40,340 nt of DNA from the NCBI RefSeq assembly GCF_001194135.2, contig NC_069000.1, positions 14,637,705 through 14,678,044 on the forward strand. Reading direction: 5' to 3'. Positions 34,244 through 40,340 of this stretch are shown piece by piece. The first letter of the stretch is position 1. Each line of letters starts with the position of its first letter. The notes under the pieces were generated by a model, which made no database searches, was not told the DNA's origin, and saw only the letters and a list, made by a program, of their open reading frames with translations. Source of the stretch: Octopus bimaculoides (taxonomy: Eukaryota). The position numbers were made by a program, and so were the translations under genes.

Positions 34244-35059
34244 TTTATCAAATCCCTCAACAATCACACCAATAAACATTTCATGTAACAAACAGCACAA
34301 TAACTTAAGGCAAGAGTTACTCTTTATTGTCCTATTATTCACTGGCTTTCCCTGTTAATTCCTAAATCGCAATCCTTACACCCTAATTTGAAGGGGGGAA
34401 GCAGGTAGCAGTCCGGCAATGTTTTTATAGGGGCAGCACTTTTGGATCTGCTGTATAAGCCTCTGTAGGCTGTTTTGAAATAAGTGTTTTTAGTTTTGGG
34501 ACACTAATCACAGCTTTCAATTTAGAGTAACTATGGCATTTGTTTGTGACATACTGTGAATAACTGTACAGGGCCTGGAAAACTCAAGGGCTGCCCCGGC
34601 CTGCATACACTCTAGCTATGTCACCGCTGTAATAGCAAGTGAGTTTATAATACTGGTCTCACTTCAAACTTAACCTTTTTTTTTTTTGTAAACAGTACCA
34701 AACTGGAGAATTACAGTTGCAGTGAGATTAAGGGTATTCGAAAGTTTTAACAGTACCTCTTAGGCAAGGCACATTACTTATAGTACTGGGTTTCCTATCT
34801 GACATTTACATTCTACATCTACTCCACAGCTGAGGTGATTGACCGAAGAGTATCCAACATTCTGTTTTTTTAAGAACAAGTAAATGTTGGAACTTGCAAA
34901 AGAAAGATAAATAAAATAAACCAAAAAATCAAACAAACAAATAATAAGAAAATTAAAAGCTTAAATAGAATGTGATTTGATCAAGCTTCAAATGAGAAGT
35001 ACATCAAACATTTAAAGAATCATACAAATTGTATTCCGTTCTGTAAATTATTTGTAACA

Positions 35060-35762
35060 AAGAAAGTAGCTGTGTGGTTGAGAAATTCACTTTGTAACCA
35101 CTTGGTTTTGGGTTCAACCCTGCTGGACAACACCTTAAGCAAATATCTGCAACTATAAACCCAGGCCGGCCAATGCCATGTGAGTGAGTTTTGTAGATGG
35201 GAACTGTGTGGAAGCCCAAATATATATGTGTGTGTCTTTGTATTTGTCTTTCACTGCTTGATAAATGGGGTTGGTTTGATTACATCCTTTTCGTTAAGTG
35301 GCAAAAGGATACTGATAGGTAAAAGAACTTAAAGTAAGTACTGGGGTCAATTTTATCAACTAAATCTTTCAAAGTGGTGCCCCAACCAGGCTGTAGTCTA
35401 ATTGAATAAAAAACTTATTGGCCCATGACCTCTTAAAACTAGGGGTGTAAGAAATGCCTCACTACTCAAAGTAGCAAGGCATTTCCTCCCCCATATTTTA
35501 TGGATGGGAAACCTAAGGTAATCCCATAAACTGGTCTTCCCCATTTTTAATATAGGATTGGCTGTGTGGTAAGTAGCTTGTTTACCAACCACATGGTTCT
35601 GGGTTCAGTCCCACTGTGTGGAACCTTAGGCAAGTGTCTTCTACTGTAGCCTTCGGCCGACCAAAGCCTTGTGAGTGGATTTAGTAGACGGAAACTGAAA
35701 GAAGCCTGTCGTATATATATATATATATACATACATACATATATGTTTGTGTGTTTGTCCCC
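35060..35762 (+). mobile_element. Two SINE family A copies (35060-35400 diverged; 35553-35762 younger)
   Basis: The second copy closely matches 1600-1800 (ggttcagtcccactg..gcaagtgtcttctact..gacggaaactgaaagaagcctgtcg). Confidence 0.75.
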
Positions 35763-35871
35763 AAAATACCATGCAGTGGGATTGAACTTGGGACCTTGAG
35801 GTTATGAAACGAACTTTTTAATCATTCAGCAATACCACATCTACATTTCAACATATTAACTAACAGCATAA

Positions 35872-36099
35872 CCCCTTAGCATTCAGATTACTTCGTTAAA
35901 TATGCTTATTTATTCACATTGTTTTGAATTAATTGTGCATTACTTCATAGCTTCTAAATTTCAATGACATGATTGTTTATTTCTAGAATGATATTGTAGG
36001 GTGGGTGTGAGAGGCTTGATCTGGTCAGTTTGAACATAACAAAAAAAAAAAACAAGTAGAATATTTGAGTTGGATATGGCTGGTGTAAATGCTAAAGAG
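35872..36099 (+). mobile_element. piggyBac-type MITE, near full length
   Basis: ATAA|CCCCTTAGCATT ... AATGCTAAAGAG|TTAA. Confidence 0.8.
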
Positions 36100-36534
36100 T
36101 TAAGACATAGAAAAAAACAAAGCTGATGGAGGAGCTTATGTACCATTTGTACGAGATATTCAATACAGTAATAAAATTCTACATTTACAAATTCTCTCTA
36201 GTTTTTAAAATGGAAACCAAATTATATATATCCAAAACTTTAGGATAGAGCGTTCCCAGTGTAAAAGCTTGTTGGGAGAGCCATACTTTAATTGATTGTA
36301 CAAACGTCAACTTAAACTGAAACAGATATTTTACAGAGTGTAGCAATATTTATTTTGGGAGGTGAACACATGAGCTGCTTCTTAAACATTCAATTGGCTT
36401 ATGTCTGCGATGCCGAAGGTCTACATAGGACATAGCCAACAGAAGCAACAATTAATAAATAACAACTGGGCTTCTTATATAACATAACAAGATGTTGTTG
36501 ATGGACATATTAAGAAGTAAAATAAACCATTGTG

Positions 36535-36780
36535 AAAGTGTGTGGCCTAGAGCTTAGGGTGTTGTACTAACAATCACAAGGTTCTGGTTTTGATTCCTGG
36601 ACCAGCCAGTATGTTGTGTTCTTGAGCAAAACACTTCATTTCACATTGCTCCAGTCCCAGCAATGGCTGGGAAGTTAATCTTGTGATGGACTGGCATCCC
36701 ATCCAGAGGGGAGTTATAATCTCAGTCATTTGTACACCATGGAAACCAGATTAACCTCCACCTTATGTATCCTTGGACAC
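36535..36780 (+). mobile_element. Degenerate tRNA-headed SINE, another family
   Basis: gtgtggcctagagc..ggttttgattcc box-like motifs, then cttgagcaaaacacttcatttcacattgctccag. Confidence 0.5.
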
Positions 36781-37561
36781 ATGATAGATCCCTAAAATAA
36801 ACCAACAAAACATTGGGATCAAGGATCTAATATAGGGAGACCTATACCTGATCTCTTCACCTGCCAGAAACAGCATCTAAGTTTCCCTCAAATCACACTA
36901 CCTTGTTAAATAAAGGAAGGGTATTTTAGATAATGTACTCTTGCATTTGCTCATGGGTAGGTCCACTTAGACCTGGGACTAAACAGTAACAATACGAAAG
37001 TCAACCTACTTCAGCTACAACACTAAGATACTCAACTCTTAATGGTCTATTCACTTCAGTTATCTCTAAATAGTTATTGTTGATAGATGCAGTTCAGTGA
37101 TGTAGACAGAGAGGAGAAGGGGATTTTGAATGGAATTGGCAATAAGATGATTGTAATTAGTCTTTTGTTCTTATATTTGGTTCTGATGAGTGATATGCAA
37201 GTCAGAGGTGCTTCCAACTCGCAAGGTTTTTCCTGCAATGTCTCACTTGAGCGTCTCAGTAAACTTGCGATAGTGAACTTCAAATTAACGAATAGTCTTA
37301 GGGCAAGCAAAGAAAACCCATCCATCCCGATGTATTCTTCACTTCAATCTCAACATGACAATGATGCCTTCAGTGAAGCCTCATCAAGTCCATAAACCAT
37401 GGAATACAGCTTTTATACTCCTAGCCTATGTAGTTTCACTTTCACAGTTTACCAATCACTGCCACTGATCTCAGCAATATATTTGAGACATCACAGAAAA
37501 CATGGTCACTCAACCTGCTAAACATAGCAAACAAACTTTCCCTCAGATAACAACCTGCCAT

Positions 37562-37940
37562 CTCCATCCATCCATCTCTGCTCATGGTTCCTGAAAGAGT
37601 CATGGACTCAAGCACCTCTTCCCAAGGGTCATACCAGAAGCAACCAACATTAGACTTTCTGGCTGGATTCCCAACTGTGACCAACTGAGGCTATGGATAT
37701 CATCCAATCATTTCATTCTTGGTCTACCCCTAGGTTTTCTGCTGGTCAGTTCAGCTTAAGGAATGTCTTTTGATTCTTTCCTATGACATTCTAAAACACA
37801 TGTCCATAGTACTAGATCTGGAGGGACTCCCTGATCTCCGAGCTATATATCCTGTGGAGTAATGTTTCACCAGAGGTCCTTTGGAGGAACTCTATTTTGG
37901 CCACTTGTATTTGCAATCATACTCTTTTGGTGATTACCCA
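37562..37940 (-). mobile_element. Decayed RTE-clade LINE, 3' end
   Basis: Minus-strand remnants YECWVITKRV, YYGHVF and RKPRGRPRMK*LDDIHSLSWSQLGIQPESL, followed by a (GATG)n tail at 37564-37576. Confidence 0.7.
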
Positions 37941-38294
37941 ACATTCATATCTGAGGTCTCAAAGAAGAAAAAAAAAAAAGAAGTCATTTTAGATAGTCTT
38001 AAAGAGATGAAATAATAACAGCAGGAATTTCATTGGCCATAAGTCTGTTTGATCAAGGCTCATTCTGCTATGGCACTAGTGACACAAGAATATAATCTAA
38101 GTGTAATTTAACTGACACGTATGATGGCTTTCCAGTTCAGAATAATCCTTATGAGTCATGGTTGCTGTTTTATGACTACATAAAGTCTAATGCCAATAGA
38201 TCTTTCAGTAACTTCCGATAGTTAAATCCAAGATCAAACCAGTTCTCACAAGTTATGACTATTAGAGCTTAAGCATTTTCTCAAAATTAATTTC

Positions 38295-38325
<31 letters not shown>

Positions 38326-39529
38326 GGGTGTATAATGATATTTGATGAAGAAAAAAAATGTTAACAGAGGACAAAAATAAACACAAATGAATCATTTCAA
38401 AGTGTTTTGTTTTTGTTTTTCCAAATACTGAGAAAAGTTCACAACATATAACAATATACAAATATTACATAACACCATACAGTGAAATAATGACTTATTA
38501 CATACATAAATATGAGTTATAAAACCTTACTCTAAAATAAATAAAATAATTTTGGGATTTAATTCTGTTAAAAATCATGATCCTTTCCTTGGGCGAGCAA
38601 GGTTTTACACACACACACACGCTTATATAAATAAAACTTTAACAGAGTACATCAAAAAACAACCTGACATAGAAAACAAAAAGGAGCTACTAAAAAAGCA
38701 CACAAAAAAAAAATAGACAAACAGCTTTGAGAAAATAAAATTTCTCACGAAACAGCAAAGTGAATAGTAACACAATGGAGAGAAGGAAAGCATTAAAATA
38801 AAAGGTGGTGAAAAAAAAATGATACTTCTCCCTCTAAACTGCATTGAATAAGATGGCTGGGGAAGCACTCAAAATAAGTACCCTACAGCAACACAGGAAA
38901 TACTTATATTCTGGATAATTTGATTGGATGAGTTTCATAATATTTTGGGGGTCCAATATTTTCTTATGCTAAGCTCTGCGGTTATTTAAGTTGCACCATT
39001 GAAAATAGCTTTGTGTTGGTGTCACAGGGGCCCAAGTGTCTGAGTTTTTGGTGATGGAAAACAAAATGGAAAATAAATAATTAAATAAATAAAAAATAAA
39101 ACAAAGCAAAGAATCAAACAATTTTTTTTTTTAATTTGAAAATCGTTTTCTATTTATATATGTATGAATATTATTATTATTATTATTGTAAATAGATAAT
39201 TGAAATGGGAGTAAGTTTTTTTTTGTTTTTGTCTTTTTTTGTTTTTCAGAAACAAAGCTTGGCAGTTTGGGTTATGAGAAAAATAAATAAATAAATGAAA
39301 AATAAACAGCAGCAAAATCACAGTAATGAAGTCACAGAAAAAAAAAAAAAAGTAAAGAAATAATGCCAGTTATTATTTCAAAGGAAGCTATTTTCCCTAA
39401 TAAATCTTAAACGGTAGCTTTTATAAGACAGCTGGCTGGTGATTTGCTAGCCATTATTGTTTTAGAAAGAAGTGCTTCAGAAGTAGCATATTGTAATCAC
39501 TTTGCAATGAAGGTTTTTGTGATAACAGA

Positions 39530-39935
39530 TACAGGCGTGACTGTGCAGTTGAGAAGCTTGCCTCTCAGCCATGTGGTCTTGAGTTTAGTCTCAGTGCATG
39601 GCACCTTCGGTAAGTATCTTCTATTCTAGCACAAGCCAACTAAAGTCTTATATATTTGGTAGATAGAAACTGAAAGAACTGTGTGTGTGTACCCTTATCT
39701 AGACATCACGTGATGCTTATAAATGAGCATCATTGTTATACAAGCAAGGCTGTTCGTTTCCAGTTGACCAAGAAAATATTTTTTAAAATGTCAAGCAATA
39801 GGAAAATATTGCCTTGCTTGGAAACAGTTGAAAATTGGCAACAGGAAAAGCATCCAGTCGTAGAAAAATCTACCTAAACTAATTCCGTCTGACCCATACA
39901 AGCACGGAAAAGTGGACATTAAAACGATGATGGAC
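39530..39935 (+). mobile_element. Degenerate SINE family A followed by a family D-like 3' end
   Basis: ggcgtgactgtg..ggcaccttcggtaagtatctt..gatagaaactgaaagaa; later gcatccagtcgtagaaaa..ggacattaaaacgatgatg. Confidence 0.6.
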
Positions 39936-40129
39936 TGGCTGATAGTATTAAGCAAATAAAGTTTGGAACTCATTAATTTTGATAACACTAACCAGTTGAT
40001 AACATTATAATTAATTTTCATGAGAGAGTTGTACTGTTTACACCCGTGGTTTCAAAAATGTGGGCTACAAGGGGCATTTAGATGTACTACAGATTTAAAA
40101 AAATATATATTTTAAAGCAAAGCTCGCTT

Positions 40130-40269
40130 TTTGACCAAGTCGTTTTGGGTTCAATCCCACTGCATGACACTTTGAGCAAGTGCCTTCTACTATAGTTTTG
40201 GGCTAACCCATCCATACCTTGTGAGTAAATTTGGTAGATAGAAAGTATACAGAAATCTGACATATATAC

Positions 40270-40340
<71 letters not shown>
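40130..40340 (+). mobile_element. SINE family A running into (TA)n at the window end
   Basis: ggttcaatcccactgcatgacactttgagcaagtgccttctactatag..ttggtagatagaaag. Confidence 0.7.

Noticed and set aside
36395-36445. Hairpin ttggcttatgtc…gacatagccaa followed by ACA
   Set aside because: It is too short for a pre-miRNA and has no H box or partner hairpin.
37087-37395. 102-aa ORF with a hydrophobic, signal-peptide-like stretch
   Set aside because: No recognisable family, promoter or splice support; it lies beside a decayed LINE and is within chance expectation.

Overview
AT-rich, microsatellite- and SINE-dense animal DNA with two N gaps. The repeat families suggest a coleoid cephalopod, probably Octopus (inference). 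Three protein-coding genes can be assembled from the sequence. (1) The last five coding exons of an SLC16/monocarboxylate transporter (+, 2597-8983; the 5' exons are not visible). (2) A complete six-exon RPS19 (-, 12945-19389, 157 aa). (3) An intronless N6AMT1/HEMK2 (+, 19848-20510), head-to-head with RPS19 across a 458-bp spacer. RPS19 introns hold four box C/D snoRNAs: three snR38/SNORD1-type 28S rRNA guides and one SNORD8/9-type guide for U6 snRNA A53. The rest is transposon debris: decayed R4/Dong-type and RTE LINEs, several SINE families, and piggyBac-, mariner- and Tc1-type MITEs. The most notable signals are the RPS19 snoRNA cluster, a 12-codon uORF whose stop overlaps the N6AMT1 start (TAATG), and two long foldback elements whose inter-copy differences are mirrored in both arms. 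All alignments and counts were done by eye; no searches were run.
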